From assembly GCA_030141605.1 (NCBI GenBank), contig JAQGDQ010000033.1, forward strand, positions 609,093-673,092: a stretch of DNA of 64,000 bases, given 5' to 3'. Both the position numbers and the translations under genes were made by a program. This document shows positions 52,451 through 64,000 of the stretch, piece by piece. The first letter of the stretch is position 1, and each line of letters opens with the position of its first letter. This DNA comes from Tubiluchus corallicola. Its lineage: Eukaryota; Animalia; Priapulida. The notes beneath the pieces are model-generated. The model made no database searches and was not told the DNA's origin. It was given only the letters and a program-made list of their open reading frames with translations.

Positions 52451-54627
52451 ATCAAGCATTCAAGACAGACTAATGTGTATCTCACTGAATCGATCTAACA
52501 AAATCAAAATACAGCCCAACGGTGCTGCTGTGAAATTGTAGTTAGCCAGCTATTGTGAATAAAACGTAGTTAAGAAAGTTTTTTCTAAAAGCCCTTGTGA
52601 GAGTCAATGATATTGTTTGTAATAAGAATCAACCCTCGAACAACATTTATTGCTTTTTAATCTACAATTAAAATATTGAGATCATTATATATATATATAT
52701 ATATATATATATAATCAAAATATGGGCATAAAATGCTTTGCATAAAAAAGTAAAAGAAATTAAAATATTTCTTATCTCCCACCATCCATCCGTCCGGTGC
52801 CTAAATCCCTTTTATATCAGGGCGAGTAACAACGTATATTGCACTTCTAGGCTATTTTCTACTCAAAAACGTTAAGGAGCACACGTATGCTTTCACCAAT
52901 GCTACTGCACAGCAAAACAAAATTTGTGTTTATAAATGTTATATCACCGTTACGCAGAGCTAAATATATATTACTCTTTACCTTTTTGGCTTTAAAGTTA
53001 AACATTCACAATGTTTCTTCTTTTGACCATTATGTGCTTCAGTAGGCAGACTGCATGATTTTTTTCCCTCTCCAAATTTCAGCCATTTCAAGCATTCTTT
53101 GTCAGTTACTCCTTGCCAAGGGACTTTGCTTCTTATCTGTGTGTAAAATTCACAGCTTAATATTATATGCTCTGCAGTTTCAAGATCTTTACCACATTTA
53201 CAAAGTCTTTTCTATGCAGTAATCTACTTTCCAAGCATACAAGTTATTTCCCAACACTTCTAATGCACAAATTCTGCACCCCATGTATTGTTAATCCAGG
53301 GTTTAAATGATTTTTGCAATACAATACAATAGGGTTCAATGCTGTATCTTTCTATTGTCGAACATTTACTTAACTTTTCATTCCACATTTTTAATCCCGC
53401 CAAACGAACGTTGATGTCAACGTATTTGAAAAAATGACATAAGCTGGTATATGCTGGGCATCTTGAATGCTGTGTGAAGGTACTCGTTGCAAAATTTCTA
53501 GCCTGCTTAGGAGTTCTGTTATTCTAATTTTGTGTTTAACTTTATCTAGAAATTAGCCATTCGATCAATTACGATCAAGTTTAAGGCGGTTACATTGCTT
53601 TAATCTACAGGATTACACCTTAAAATGTGTAATTAACAAACATTAAGTAAATAATCAACTTGCAGATTTTTGTTGATTTTTACATACGCATGTGAACTTG
53701 CCAGCACTTAGTAGGTGCTGGGCTAATTACTTAGTTTATAGAGTTCACTCTATAAGTTAAAAAGTTTCTGAAGCACTTGGCGGAATAAGTGTTTATATTG
53801 TGCGGAGAGAGAGAGACTTGGCTTTTGCTTTAAGTTAGGAATAATTATACGAATAACATGGTATGAAAATTTTATAAGGGCACATTAACTGCTAGTGATC
53901 ATTTTATTTTGACAATACAGAAGCTGCAGACATTTTAAATGTTAAAATCTAGAATCACCTATTAACAAGGAACAATAGCAACAACAGTTTAATACTATGA
54001 TAAACTGCACTGACATAAACAGGTGCTGCTAAATTTAGTGAGTGTAATGCAAGAGATCACGAAAGTGATTATTCAACATGTTAATACAAATTTACCATTG
54101 AAATAAAATGTCACTTATTTGTTTGACCATCAATTTAAATTACAAAATGCCACCAGTACAGTAATTTTTAGCAATGATTGTATAACCACACAAAACAAAC
54201 TGCAACAAATTTCTAACAAAAAGTTTATTTACACTAACACCACCAGGACAAAAAGAACTCTGTATGACATCACCAAATTTTCCGAGTTAATTACAAATTA
54301 CGCAATTAAGTTCTGCATTTCAAAAAGCTACATCTTAAATTTTATAAGAAATAACAGGTAATGGTAATAATAAATACAACAAAACTATAACACAGTGGCA
54401 TGAAAAATGGACATATGGACCTAAGCAATACTTTATCACTCGCTTAAAGAAATAAAAGTAAAAGCTGTGGCCATGCACTACTTTTACAGTCAGTTTTAGA
54501 GATTAATACAAAATCTTGGTAACTTTGGTAAATTTCTTAAGGAAAAAATAAAAGAAAAATTAATATAATCGCTGATTTTCAAATGAACAACTGAAACAAT
54601 CATCTCTAAATACCCATTTTGAATTAT

Positions 54628-60861
<6,234 letters not shown>

Positions 60862-61395
60862 CTAAAATGTTACATAAAAATAAAGCAAATAAAGTAAACA
60901 TTAATTATTCTTGCAGCATACTATAACATATGCAAGGTATCACAAAGCACTGCATCTCATCGCAACAGAGGTTCGAAATTTTGGCTCACGTAAGCATTTT
61001 CAAGTATTTGTTCCTGTGACCGAAATCTTTTATTTCATGACTAAAATCAAAAGCGTTCTCGTTCTATCGAAGAATGACATATGTTAAAGATAAAAGCATT
61101 GGGTCAACTAGGCATCTTTTTTGATTTCCGCGCCAAAAAAGATGCCTAGTTGACCCAATGCTTTTATCTTTAACATATGTCATTCTTCGATAGAACGAGA
61201 ACGCTTTTGATTTTAGTCATGAAATAAAAGATTTCGGTCACAGGAACAAATACTTGAAAATGCTTACGTGAGCCAAAATTTCGAACCTCTGTTGCGATGA
61301 GATGCAGTGCTTTGTGATACCTTGCATATGTTATAGTATGCTGCAAGAATAATTAATGTTTACTTTATTTGCTTTATTTTTATGTAACATTTTAG

Positions 61396-63730
<2,335 letters not shown>

Positions 63731-64000
63731 GTGGTGTCATTTTATTAAATAGTTCCCAGAACTAATCAATTTATTTCATTCTTAAAACATTTGAAACTCC
63801 AAGTGTTGTTTATAGTTCTAAGTAATTAGTTATGTGTAATGTTAATGCCTTTATTAATTTTAAATGTAGGACAAATCAGGTGTCTCGGGTAGTTGAGCTT
63901 ATTTTAATATTTTAGATAAATATTAGAAAGTTTCAAAAGAAGAAATGCGATAAGCTCCTTGTGTAATTAGTAAAGTCAATTTGAAGTTGCGATCATTTCA

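Noticed and set aside
52872-53467. Possible third TTAA-flanked MITE, whose end resembles 57200..57303
   Set aside because: TIR match is too degenerate to call.
61124-61133. Hairpin telomere or viral terminal hairpin
   Set aside because: The flanks are ordinary host intron/exon sequence, with no protelomerase, viral or telomeric repeat signatures.

Overview
AT-rich, intron-rich animal (invertebrate-like) nuclear DNA. It carries the last two coding exons of NDUFA7 (+, 24..1064) and a ~40-kb multi-exon LYST/BEACH gene (-, ATG 42905 to stop 3053; a 5' non-coding exon is probably near 52.2-52.4 kb). A TMEM59-family gene (-, 54628..60861) lacks its first exon because the sequence folds back at ~61128 into a near-perfect inverted duplication (arms >=2.87 kb, 10-nt spacer) that runs off the window end. 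The large upstream LYST intron holds a nested transposon cluster: a degenerate RTE-group non-LTR retrotransposon (ORF1 with PHD remnant and CCCH finger; ORF2 with APE endonuclease and a deleted RT core), interrupted by a 5S-rRNA-headed SINE and a TTAA-flanked Kolobok-type MITE. Introns also contain further MITEs (Kolobok-, pogo/Tigger- and Harbinger-like), a THAP-domain relic, an ~800-bp foldback and long microsatellites. All calls come from manual translation and recalled family motifs; no database search was run.
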